Shown piece by piece: positions 21,396-33,020 of a stretch of 64,000 bases of DNA (within the stretch, counting starts at the first letter, position 1; every line of letters starts with the position of its first letter). The position numbers were made by a program, and so were the translations under genes. Below the pieces are notes generated by a model. That model saw nothing but the letters and a program-made list of their open reading frames with translations, had not been told where the DNA came from and did not search any database. The DNA is from Macrostomum hystrix (taxonomy: Eukaryota; Animalia; Platyhelminthes): NCBI GenBank assembly GCA_950097015.1, contig CATNEN010000002.1, forward strand, positions 8,308,001 to 8,372,000. Reading direction: 5' to 3'.

Positions 21396-24300
21396 TTAGG
21401 AATCGGGCAGACGAGGTTCGGAGCAGTTGCAAAGGCTCTCGGGTTTCAGCTGGCTGGCAGCAGTTTCAGTGGCTCTCAGCTGGCTGGCAGCAGTTTCAGT
21501 GGCTCTCAGCTGGCTGGCAGCAGTTTCAGTGGCTCTCAGCTGGCTGGCAGCAGTTTCAGTGGCTCTCAGCTGACTGGCAGCAGTTTCAGTGGCTCTCAGC
21601 TGGCTGGCAGCAGTTTCAGTGGCTCTCAGCTGACTGGCAGCAGTTTCAGTGGCTCTCAGCTGACTGGCAGCAGTTTCAGTGGCTCTCAGCTGACTGGCAG
21701 CAGTTTCAGTGGCTCTCAGCTGACTGGCAGCAGTTTCAGTGGCTCTCAGCTGACTGGCAGCAGTTTCAGTGGCTCTCAGCTGACTGGCAGCAGTTTCAGT
21801 GGCTCTCAGCTGACTGGCAGCAGTTTCAGTGGCTCTCAGCTGACTGGCAGCAGTTTCAGTGGCTCTCAGCTGACTGGCAGCAGTTTCAGTGGCTCTCAGC
21901 TGACTGGCAGCAGTTTCAGTGGCTCTCAGCTGACTGGCAGCAGTTTCAGTGGCTCTCAGCTGACTGGCAGCAGTTTCAGTGGCTCTCAGCTGACTGGCAG
22001 CAGTTTCAGTGGCTCTCAGCTGACTGGCAGCAGTTTCAGTGGCTCTCAGCTGGCTGGCAGCAGTTTCAGTGGCTCTCAGCTGACTGGCAGCAGTTTCAGT
22101 GGCTCTCAGCTGGCTGGCAGCAGTTTCAGTGGCTCTCAGCTGGCTGGCAGCAGTTTCAGTGGCTCTGCTCATCTCCTGGTAGAAGGCCTGCCGCTCGCAC
22201 AGCAGCTGTCTACGCTGCGCGTCCATCACTTCGCGCTCGCGATCCACCAGAGCTTCGAGTTCGTGAAAGTGGCGCAGCTTTGCCTCAATCTTTCTGGCCT
22301 GAGACTCCACCAAGGAGGCAACAAGCCTCTTCAATTTCTGTTCCTCTACTTGCGCCAGGTGTTCGGCGTTGGTGTCAGTGGGACTGGGAGACTTCAGCTC
22401 ATCCTCGCTGCCAGACTCAACGTGGCCATTCTGATATTTCTCGTCTTTGTCAACTTTTTCTTCCTGCATGTCCACATCTTTGTTTTCAGCTGCTTCATCG
22501 TGTGTGACGTCATCATTAGGATCAGCATCAAATTCGGCATCAGCACATGCGGTTTGTTTCGGAGCTGCAGCTTTGTCAACAGCAGCAGCTTCTGCAGAAT
22601 CAGTAGCAGCGGCGGTGCTAGATGGAGACCCCTTGGCCAGCTCCTTGACCCCGGAGCTCTGCTGGTGAGCCTTCAGCACGCAGCTGGGAATCTCGTCGCG
22701 CATCTTGGCGTACTCGTCCAGTGCGGCCTTGGTGGCGGCGCTGGCAATCCTGGGATCCACGGTGGCAGCCAGGAAGGCCACGGTACACATGATGGGATTG
22801 CCGGCCTTGCTGAACGGAATAGGCTGGTGGATCAGCGGTCCCAGGGCCTCCTCGGCGCCCTCCAGGTACGGATCCTCGATGGGCAGCTTGAGGAAGTGCA
22901 GGACGCACTCCTCCTGGGTGCGGGAGCCTACGTGCTCGGCTACGCGGTTCCAGTCGTCCTTGAACAGCTCGACACCCTCTAGAAGGCTGAGCGTCTCTTG
23001 GTCCGTCCAGTCCAACTGATGCTGCTGCTGTTTCGCTTTATCTGGAGGCTTTCCATTGAAAGCAGGAGTGTCCACAGACGAAGCATTGATAGCAGATGCT
23101 GAGATAATCGTTGAACCGTTGCCATTGACAATGGGTGGCGCCGATTTGAACGCAGCGATGGAAGTGTCTGAGCTGGAGTCAGGAACCCTCGCGGACAGTC
23201 TCAAAGCCTCCTTGTCAACCTGGCGGAGTATATTGTTTGACGAATTCGTTGGCCCAATTAACAATGTGAATTAGGATTAGAAAATAGGATTGAACCGCTC
23301 ACCTGGTAGTTGATGAGGCCCCATTGCTCCAGGAAGGCGTGCACCCGCAGGATGCCGCAGACGTCGCCGTGAAGATTTCTCCTACAGGCGGTGAAGGTCA
23401 GGTACTCCTGCGGATTCAGCCGATATGTATCGATCATGAAGTTGCGGCAGGCCAGGTAGGCCTCTGGCGTTTTTCCGGGCCGATTTTCCAGGAAATATTC
23501 TGGCAGGCTGCGCCGCTCCAGGGCGTGAATGGCGCTGTATTCGAACCAGGTTGAATAGGAGGGCACGATGATGGCGTGAGCCTGCTCAGTCACTGTGACA
23601 TCATCAGTCTCGTAAGGCTGGAATGTGTTTTTTCTTATTAATTTACACGGGCTGCTAGTGGGTCAGAGACGCTGAGATCTGGGCTAAGCTGTAGCGAATT
23701 TCTTATCCCCTCTCCAGTTCCTTTGGACCTTAGGTCTATTCCCCTTAACCTGTGCTCTAGATCCCCTGCTTTAAGCCCCTGATTAATTGGCCCAATTCTC
23801 ACATTCCAGCCTCTTTCTCTTACTCAAGTCGCGCACTAACTTACTATAACACCACCAACCCCCTCCTCATTTCTTACCCTCTGGCTCGTCCTCGCACCTC
23901 TTAACCCCAACCCCCTCCTCATCGCTAACCCTCTGGCTCGTCCTCGCACCTCTTAACCCCAACCCCCTCCTCATCGCTAACCCTCTGGCTCGTCCTCACA
24001 CCTCTTAACCCCAACCCCCTCCTCATCGCTAACCCTCTGGCTCGTCCTCACACCTCTTAACCCCAACCCCCTCCTCATCGCTAACCCTCTGGCTCGTCCT
24101 CACCCCTCTTAACCCCAACCCCCTCCTCATCGCTAACCCTCTGGCCCGTCCTCACACCTCTGAACCCGAACCCCCTCTTCATTTCTTACCCTCTGGCCCA
24201 TCCTCACCCCTCTTACCCCAACCCCTCCACATCTCTTACTCTCTGGCCCCTCCTCACCCCTCTTACCCCGAACCCCCTCCTCATCTCTTACCCTATATCG

Positions 24301-24719
24301 GGCTAAATTTTTTAGGTTTAAAGGATTTTTAAAAGTTTCGGAAACAAGGTCGGGGTGACTGGCGGAGTGAGCAATACCACACTTATCTGGGTCCGAGCCT
24401 ATGAAAAAACAGAACATGACAAAAAATCATCAATCAACAAATTGTGGCTTACCTGTCCAGGCTCCACTTCGCCATTCCTGCTGCCGACGCTGCTGTGACC
24501 ATTGCAGGCGGCAGCAGCTGCTGCTGCTGATTCTGGCAAGCCGTCGCCACTGCTGCAGCTTGGAGAGGCTGCCAATTCCTCTTCGCGTAGTCTTCGCGCC
24601 TTCTTGAGCTCGCTTCTAGTAGAAAACTTCCTGCTGCTGTCGTGAGCCTTGACAGATTGCTCACCAGCTACTGTGGCTGGCACTGGAGATGGTGATCTGG
24701 CCCGCTTGTGCACTTTCAT
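21396..24719 (-). CDS. SMARCC2: Derived SMARCC (SWI3/BAF155/170) paralog. Exons 24453-24719, 23303-23617 (SWIRM), 21396-23219 (SANT, coiled coil, repeat tail)
   Basis: SWIRM ([12 protein letters not shown]...[41 protein letters not shown]), SANT ([12 protein letters not shown]...[11 protein letters not shown]) and leucine zipper (KLRHFHELE). Phase-0 GT-AG introns. ATG at 24719 directly follows a CAG, so an upstream exon is possible. Confidence 0.85.
21447..22166 (-). repeat. Coding 30-bp tandem repeat, 24 copies, encoding ([10 protein letters not shown])24
   Basis: 720 bp in frame with the SMARCC ORF. The only variation is a synonymous C/T in the Ser codon. Confidence 0.92.
23870..24290. repeat. 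52-bp minisatellite, ~8 copies, in the first intron of the derived SMARCC
   Basis: CTGGCTCGTC recurs at 23881 and 23933; units degenerate toward the right. Confidence 0.85.
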
Positions 24720-26659
24720 CTGTGGGGCATGATCAATGGGTAATTGAATATAAGCAAGGCCTAAATAACAATTATGTAACTTGCTTTTCATAAAATAGCT
24801 TCATAACAAAATAATTTCATTTGAACATTAGCTAACTTCTTAACTGCTACAGTAACCTTATCATATGGAAGGCATAGAGCAAAAACTCATAGCTACACAA
24901 GTATATTCTAGTATTATCATAAAATGAATAGCTCAAATTAATACTTTTATAATTGGTCATTGTAAATGCAGAAACATGCTGTAATGGCCTACAACATGTA
25001 TTAAAATTAGTTAAAATATAAGGGTCCCAAAGTCAACATAGATGTAGACACAATTATTTTAATCTGTAATCTAGAGCTATAAGTCCTGTTGGCCTAGCTA
25101 CAATGATATTGAAGGCATATGGGCCCCTAAACATGTAAAATTTATTTGAATAATTTTTACCTTATTTTTAATGGACTCCTTGCATTTGTATACATTATAT
25201 ATACATATCTATACATTTATTTAGCAGAAAAGATAAAAATTCAAAAGATTTTATATTAAATCTGCAATTTTTCTAGTATTATTCCAATAAGTGTCAATTG
25301 TAGCTATACTAATGAGTTAGGCCCACTAGGGGCCACTACTTGTATATATTTAGAACAGTAGCTATAAAAATGCAAATCTATAGATAGCTAATTTCCCCTG
25401 TTGAAATAGGCTAGGCATATCTAAAAAGCTTATGCACACCCCTTAAAGTGCGTAGACTACTAGGCATCCCAGCATTAGAAAATTAGATCCTAGCATGGGG
25501 CTTACTATTGTTGTAGGGCTTCCCTCTTATTCAATATAAATCCTAACAATGCCACCAAAGTTGTTACAGGGCTAATTTAATCCGACTGTTGTTACCAAAG
25601 TTGTTGAATGCTTTTTATACTTTTATGTCAATCTTATAAATGTCTTTAATTATTCGCTTTATGTATTTCTTATCTCAATTCAAATTGGTAGCGTTTATGT
25701 ATTCAAATATGGTAGCGTTATACTTTCAGTATGGCCGGTATCTCTCCTCTATATTCCTTTCTACTTATAACTCTACTGAATTATTTCTATAAGTACTTTG
25801 TATCAATCTTTATCCGTCTTTATCAGTCTTTATCCGTCTTTATCACTCTTCAATTGTTATTCAGTTTACCTTCAAATTATTCTTCAGTCTGTCTTCTGGG
25901 CTTTACCAGTGGATCTAGAGTTACAGCTTTCCTTCACTCTATTTACTTCTCTTTCACAATGTCTCTTTCTCAAATGACTTCAATATGAACACTTCAAGAT
26001 TCAAGCTTTCTTTACTTTGAACTCTTTTCCCAACCGAGGTGGTAGGAATTGGTTTTTCTCTCTTTGCTTCGGGTGTATTTATACTAAAATTCCCTTCATC
26101 TCCACGACTTCAGTATAACTATTATAATTTTTGGTGCAGACAAACTTTTGGTGCATTAAAACAAAATTTACGTAACATTAAACAAAACATATTTAATTTC
26201 CCGGGAACAATTTCTAGGAAAAATAAAACAATCAGAAACCCTATCTCACTATTATCCAGTGTAATCGCTTTTAGAGTTTGACTTACACCTGCTCTAAAGT
26301 TACTGCTATAGGCCTAGTTATGCATTGTAAACCCAGGATTGTTTAACATTATCCTCTAAACATATTTAAAACTAAAAAATAATATGCTAAACAACCTGCA
26401 ACAATTCTATTGAATGCACTAACCACCAAAGTCATTTTGAGATCATCAGATGAAATGTAGAGATGTTTACAGATATTAGCAAATCTGCAAATTTGCTGCA
26501 AATTTAAACTAGAAAATAATTACAATATACAAACTGCAACTTTGCCTATACAACACATCCATCTCCTAGAATTCCTTTAACATTACTTTATTTACTTATG
26601 TATACATGGTATATACAATAAATACATACATAGGGCCTAAAGATATAGTCTTAGACTAA

Positions 26660-26765
26660 CAAATTGAAGGTTTCATTCAAGACTCCACTGGAACAAATTA
26701 TGTTCTTTAGCAAGACACTTTACTTTATGTTGCTTCTGTTCACTTAGCTGTTACATGGGTACTAG
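26660..26765 (+). mobile_element. Degenerate SINE core fragment
   Basis: GACTCCACTGGAAC...TTTAGCAAGACACTT...CACTTAGCTGTTACATGGGTAC resembles the SINE bodies at 27984 and 9285. Confidence 0.4.
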
Positions 26766-26941
26766 TATAAGCTAGGATAATTCATACCATAAGTGGGTAT
26801 GATGTTGTCCCAGACTGTACAGTTGTACACCATTTTCTCATGTGCCACGCACTAGCCAGGGCTGTGCTGTTGGCTGTACATCTGGCTCAATTGGGGCTGG
26901 TGCAATACATTATTATTATGTATACATATCATAGTTAGGAC

Positions 26942-27482
26942 GGCAATCCTTCTATACCTTCCATAAATTCAGGAAAATAGTTTTTTTAAGAAAATGATAA
27001 TAGAAGTAAGGTGGCACTTTTATCTTTTATTAGCATGGATAGTAGATCAGGTAGGCAGTCCATTAGCATGGATAGTAATGCCGGATCCAGTAGATCAGGT
27101 TTCCAAACATGTTGGCACCAAAATGATGTTTCCAAATGAGCTCCTGAAGATACATGTCAAACAAGTTGTCAGATGTGCCATGCATCCGATGCAGCTTTGC
27201 TTTGACATTTCCCCAGGCACCCTCAATGCTATTGGTGTGCACTGTAGGATCAGCAGGGTTTACAAACTGCAGGGTGTGGTTGACAGTGGGCCAGTGGCAT
27301 GGTTGGGCAGCTGATTGTATGCTGCCCAATTTAAATTCAAAATATTTAAATAAATGTACAAGTAAAGTGACAATGCTGTGCTAGGAATAAAAGATAAAAG
27401 TGCCAACTTACTTTTATTATCGTTTTCTTTCGAAAAAACTACATTCCTGAATTTACATATGGTACGGTACGGAAGGATCGCC
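26942..27482 (-). mobile_element. Merlin (IS1016/ISXO2-like) DNA transposon deletion derivative
   Basis: ~50-bp imperfect TIRs (GGCAATCCTTCTATACC...TAAATTCAGGA vs GGCGATCCTTCCGTACC...TAAATTCAGGA) and a decayed 8-bp TSD (GTTAGGAC/ATTTGGAC). Transposase C-terminus VNHTLQFVNP...HTNSIEGAWGNVK...YLQELIWK at 27063-27290. Confidence 0.85.
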
Positions 27483-27983
27483 ATTTGGACTAGGCCTATA
27501 TAAAGAGAATAGAAAAAATCTTGCTTAAGTGAATAAGTAAACTAGATTTAAATAACTCATTTAGGCTGTAATATCTATTACGAAGCCAAAAGCTAATTTC
27601 ATAGGCAACTTCATGGGCTGGCATGTGCACCTGGGCGGCTGTGGCCTTGCAACTTGCTTGCTAGAACTACAATATGATCTGGGCCTGACACCAGAATATT
27701 AGTTCAGGACTCATATTTCGCGTCATTCAACGCTTATCTCTCTACCTGTCTAGATTTCTTACTTTATAAACTTTTATACTTACAATATCAATTTATCTGA
27801 CAAATTCAAGAGACGAAGACATAATAACTTCAATTTCTGACCGAAATGTGCTTATTTGAAATAGTGCGTAGAGGTTTATTAGAAACAGCGAATGATTATA
27901 ACTGATAATAAGTGATTAAACTCCTGTATTAAAATAATATTAGCGACTACTTAACACGAAATTCTAAATTTTCGTCAACTCTT

Positions 27984-28240
27984 GGTGTAGCCTTGTAGCC
28001 TTGTGGTTAGAGAGTCGGACTCGACTTGAAGGTCGGGGTTCGATTCCTGACTCCACTGGAACCATTAGCGTCCTTTAACAAGACACCTAACTCTATGTTG
28101 CTTCAGCTCACGCCGCTGAAGCACGCTTCATGGATTGAACAGTTATATTAGCCTGTACGCAGCCCTTCAGATGCGCCGCGTAATAGCTACGGATGTGCTG
28201 TCGGCTATGCATCTGGCCCGATTAAGGCATGTGTAATCGA
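27984..28240 (+). mobile_element. tRNA-derived SINE
   Basis: TAGCCTTGTGGTTAGAG...GGGGTTCGATTCCTG (A/B boxes), then GTCCTTTAACAAGACACCTAAC (CORE/V-like motif). Confidence 0.7.
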
Positions 28241-28849
28241 TTATTTTAATTATTTTTATTAATATTAGGCCTTTCTATTTCGAATACACAGTTACCAGAA
28301 TTGCCAGAAATTTAACCAGGGCATCTCTGGGCATGCAACTAAAACAGGAAAATCTAATTAGAAAGCCCCAGTTCGCAGTCCATGGAAGATTGCGGATTGA
28401 AAAACATCCAAGCCAAACCATTTAATATCTATAAATCATTAAAGAAAGTGTATTCTCTGGAAAGTATTTTTAAATGATTATTACCGCTGCCAAAGTATTA
28501 ATTTGCCTGGCACTCGCTGCATTTCGACTTAGCAAACAAGAAGCTGGTTTTCGAGACATAGAGAGGAGCTAGCTAGTAGATGAGAGTAGAATATGAACGC
28601 AGAATCTGTCAAAAGCGTCAGGCATGACAGGGGTAAAAATTGACGAAATCCATTTTTAAGGCATGCAGCTTGACGAAACAAAAATATTTGGGTAATTTCC
28701 AATCAAACAGAGCTAAAAATGTAGAATTATTAGGTGCTTAAGTATAGAATTATGTGGTAGCCAACTTTCGCTTCTTTTAGCAACATTATGTTAGTTTTTT
28801 ATAATTAACCACATAAAACAGCAGGCAAGCTCGAGGTAAGAAACATCAC

Positions 28850-29276
28850 CTGTTAGACAGCAGCATCCCCTGTTGGACAGCATCAATACCTGTTAGACAG
28901 CATCAATACCTGTTAGACAGCATCAATACCTGTTAGACAGCATCCCCTGTTAGACAGCATCAGCACCTGTTAGACAGCAGCATCCCCTGTTAGACAGCAT
29001 CAATACCTGTAAGACAGCATCCCCTGTTAGACAGCATGAGCACCTGTTAGACAGCAGCATCCCCTGTTAGACAGCAGCATCCCCTGTTAGACAGCATCAG
29101 CACCTGTTAGACAGCAGCATCCCCTGTTAGACAGCATTAACACCTGTGAGACAGCATTAACACCTGTTAGACAGCATAAACACCTGTTAGACAGCATAAA
29201 CACCTGTTAGACAGCACTATCTCCCCTGTTAGACAGCATCAACACCTGTTAGACAGCATCAGCACCTGTTAGACAG
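28850..29276. repeat. 18/21-bp minisatellite CACCTGTTAGACAG(CAG)CAT(CAG/CAA/CCC)
   Basis: Tandem units; same family as 37150-38294. Confidence 0.92.
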
Positions 29277-30344
29277 TTCGCGTCATGAAGCAATCTCTCA
29301 TTTGAGGATGAGGGGATGAGGAAGGGATGCTGGTTGCCCATCCAGCACTGAAGCCTGTTTCAATCAATGATGGAGCACATGCGACCTCCTAGTGAATGCT
29401 CAGACGAAGGACCCGCATGGCCTCAACTGCTCATTAAGTGCAGCTAATTTTGCACCCGGTGCAGATGAGGTACTGATTGGCCCTCAGTACAATGGGATCA
29501 GCCAGGGAAAGCTCTTTAGTCGAGTCCCGCAGCTGCCAGTCAATGCTCGCCAAGTTTCCATTGAGTTTTGTATTCGGAATTAACCAAGCTTGAATTGCAT
29601 TCACTGAGACTGCTGCAGCCAGCAATGAGCCGCATGGCAGTTGGGTTGTGGCTGGTAGTTATTGACTCGGATTACTAAATTGACTAAAAAACCGGCTGGC
29701 AGTCATTGACTCGTATGCGATCCCTTTGAAAATTCACTGCGGAGTTGAAAAAGATGCTTTCGGAAGAAGCATCTACAGAAATTCATGTGGAGTGGCATGT
29801 GGAGTGCTGGATAGCATTCAATTTTCTGAAGCAGTTTTTCGTTAAAGTATTTTTTCTTAGAAAAGCTCGTGTTAAAAAGCATATTCATTGTTCGACTCTC
29901 TCAAATCACACACGAAACAGGATTGAAATCGAGAGGTTCAGAAAACGCATCGATTTCAGGCCTTTAGCCAATCATAGGCCGCCGAGCCTGACTGGGGTCG
30001 GGCTTTGTCTCAGCTAGAGATAAATCCCTATGAATCCCCATGACTTGGCATGAATCCCCACTCCTTAGGATACTGATCCCATCCCTGATCGATAGGTTTG
30101 TTACACGCGGACAGTTTCTTTGAGTCAAGCCCGGGACCTGAGCACAGCCTGTCGAGCACTGTGGAGCTCACGAGACAAAAATTGTCGTCGGAATTATCAC
30201 AGAGGCACGCGCGGTAGCTCATCACGGCTAAGCAGCTCAAGGATTGCAGAATAGCAGCTCTGCTCGACACAAAATTCAGGTGAGACGGGAGCCACGCGAG
30301 GCTTGTTGGGAAACTTCTCACCGCCCTGAGCACAGTCGGATGCA

Positions 30345-30560
30345 TGCACTGACAGCTGCTGGATGCGGAGTGACAGGCTGGTGCAAGGTCTATAATCTGG
30401 CAGTGGCTGGATAGCATGCGGAGTGACGGGCTGGTGGAAGGTCTATAATCTGGCAGTGGCTGGATAGCATGCGGAGTGACAGGCTGGTGGAAGGTCTATA
30501 ATCTGGCAGTTGCTGGATAGCATGCGGAGTGACAGGCTGGTGGAAGGTCTATAATCTGGC
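30345..30560. repeat. 53-bp tandem repeat, ~4 copies, decaying into TATAATC(TGGC) micro-repeats
   Basis: GCGGAGTGAC at 30365, 30418, 30471 and 30524. Absent from the paralogous block. Confidence 0.85.
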
Positions 30561-31553
30561 TATAATCTATAATCTGGCTATAATCTATAATCTGGAAATC
30601 CAGCAACTCCCTCGCGACCTCCCAGACACGTCTTAATCCGTTCCGACATCTTCAGACGCGCTTGTCCCGTTTCGTCCTAAAGCTCAGCAACACTGAATCC
30701 CCTATCCCCTGACTAGCCGCTACTTTCCCCCATAAACTATATTATCTCCCCAATTCGTCTAACTTAACCCCTTTTGTTAAGTCGCCAATCCCTGATATAC
30801 TAATTCCCCCATCCCCCGATTCGTCACGGCAAGCTTTTGCCCCTGTGGCAAATGCCTCATTCCCAGCTAAGTTGGGATCGTGTAAAGGGCAACCCTAAAA
30901 CTCTAAAACCCTAAAACTCCATGGCAAGAATTAGAGTAGACAATGGGACCTTGGCCCATTGGACCACAAAACCAGCTTCCAACCATCACTAGGGCGGGTG
31001 CCACTGGGAAGTGAGGCCTGATCCCCTTCCACCTTGGGATGGGCATTGTGGGATTTCCAGCGCTCGGATTTAGCCATCCCCAGGTTACAAGATTATGTAC
31101 GGTGCTATTGTACAGTTATTTTTGTTTTAATGGTTGCATCTCAGTTTTAAAGTTCTTTTTTTAACTGAAGCGTGCAACTTCTCTGAACACGCGCAAGGCA
31201 GCATCCGGCCAGTCGCAAATCAAAATAAAAATTTCCTGCTTTCTATCCACATTATCCTCGCTATAATGCTTATGCCAGCTTAAAAGTCCCACTACTATAT
31301 TATTAATGAGCCCCTAATGGACAGGACAGCCCGTAGGCTACAGAAAGCGCATGCGTAACACGTCAGTGGCACGGGGGAGGGGGAAGTGAACAGTTTTGTC
31401 AGCATCGCTTAGCAATCGATTCAGACCCCAATTTATTTCTCTTCAATGCCATATAATTCAGTCTGGCATAAACATAATAAATTAATAGGATCGCATCAGT
31501 CCAACCTAACGGAGACTGTAAAATAAACTCATAACAAGACGAAGGTCTGCGCA

Positions 31554-31979
31554 ATGAGACTACTTGCTGTTCTCATCCGCCAACTGCTTTGCTGCTCGGT
31601 CCTTCGCTGCATGTTGGCCGTTGAGTTCGGTCCCATCGGCTGCTACGTGGACAACACTGGCTATGTCAAGGACATTGCCGGCCTGGCCGGCATGTCCACC
31701 ATCGGGTCCTACAGCGTGGCCACAGCCTACGTGAGCGTAGTTATACATTCTATGACTCTGCAGTTGTGCAGCAGCATCTGCAGCATCGGCAGCTTTGTCT
31801 ACTTTGGTGTCCAGAATGGAGCCCACTGCTTCTGCGGCAACTCTTACGGCAGTCAGGGCGTTGCAGCTGCCACCGACTGCAAGAAGCCGTGTTCTGGAGA
31901 TGGCAGCCAGATCTGCGGAGCAGCCGATCGTAACTCGGTGTACCGACTGCTCTACCTGCGTCCGAGTGAGCACTTTTGA
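31554..31979 (+). CDS. Secreted single-WSC-domain protein (141 aa), copy 1
   Basis: Hydrophobic N-terminus followed by the WSC pattern GCYVD...MTLQLCSSIC...YFGVQNGAHCFCG...CKKPCSGDGSQICGAADRNSVY. Intronless. Confidence 0.88.
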   Translation: MRLLAVLIRQLLCCSVLRCMLAVEFGPIGCYVDNTGYVKDIAGLAGMSTIGSYSVATAYVSVVIHSMTLQLCSSICSIGSFVYFGVQNGAHCFCGNSYGSQGVAAATDCKKPCSGDGSQICGAADRNSVYRLLYLRPSEHF

Positions 31980-32184
31980 CCAACTGCTTCTCCTTAGAAT
32001 GGTCGCTTTGATTGTATCGTATTGCATCGTATCCAAGGACCACTAGAAGAAGAAGGACGGGGCACTTCGTTTCTTAGAAAATTTATTAAAGGCTGATTTT
32101 GACGGAAAATGCACTAGCGAGATAGGAACTTTTCACTTTTGTCAACTTAAAATGTTGATAACTTTTTATTCGAAGCAGATAAAA

Positions 32185-32420
32185 AGCTCTTCTTTTGATA
32201 TAACTTACAAAATATGTTGCTTCGATGAATCTTATAAAGATTTTATCATGAATAATTGATCTTCATATTATTTTGGTTACTATATCATGCAGCAATTATA
32301 GTCTGAAGCTAACTAGTGACTAACTTAAATTTAAAATCTCTGTTTAATCTATCCATATAAAATCTTTATAAAATTCGTCGAAGCAACATATTTTGTAAGT
32401 TATATCAAAAGAAGAGCTTT
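32185..32420. mobile_element. Foldback/MITE-like inverted repeat with ~62-bp arms
   Basis: AAGCTCTTCTTTTGATATAACTTACAAAATATGTTGCTTCG... pairs with ...CGAAGCAACATATTTTGTAAGTTATATCAAAAGAAGAGCTT. The left arm is mostly deleted in the paralog near 51070. Confidence 0.75.
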
Positions 32421-33020
32421 GTATTTGTTTCTTGCTGAAATTGAAAGCCCGCTGTCCAAAATTGAGCGCAAAAAGCGCAAAAGTACAGTTGCTAACGCCA
32501 TCGGTGCACTCATAGCATTTTTCTACTACATCATTCCTTCATACTGTGGTCAGACGACAATGACGCAGTGCATTGAACAATGGCTATAGGACATGCTGCG
32601 AGGTAATTAGCAAGATGCATTCAAGAGCTCAACTTCTTCACAACCGAAATGTCATTCCAGTTGGCACACCGTTCTTACTCGTAAAAACTCGCCGACTGTA
32701 CCTGAATGTGAGCTCCTCCAGCGGACCGTTCTACCGCAGCCTGCAGCCAATCAGTTGCAACATGAAATGCTTCGTGAACTGCAACGCCGACTGCCAGGCA
32801 GTTCTGGTCGGTCCGGGCGTCTGCCAACTGCTCAAGTTCCCCGCTGTGCCCCACGAGCTGCACAACATGCCGGGCGAGTTCTTTGTTCGAGTCTAGCCTT
32901 CAAGATGAGACCGTCTTCAATGAGGCTCACGGGTGCAACATCTCAATTGGAGCTAAAAACAGAACCAAAAAACGCTGTTTATTTTTCTGAACAACTTGGA
33001 TTACTTTAAAGACAACTTAC

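Noticed and set aside
21354-22982. 542-aa plus-strand ORF with GSSFSGSQL repeats (pentapeptide or ice-nucleation-like look)
   Set aside because: It is the antisense of the SMARCC paralog, whose conserved domains identify the minus strand as coding.
25500-26300. Purine-rich minus-strand stretch that might be an old retroelement or 5' exons of the derived SMARCC
   Set aside because: There is no sustained ORF, terminal repeat or recognisable motif, so no call can be supported.
27984-28070. tRNA genes at the tRNA-like heads (also 87, 5379, 9290, 18043)
   Set aside because: Acceptor stems do not close and each head continues into a SINE body.
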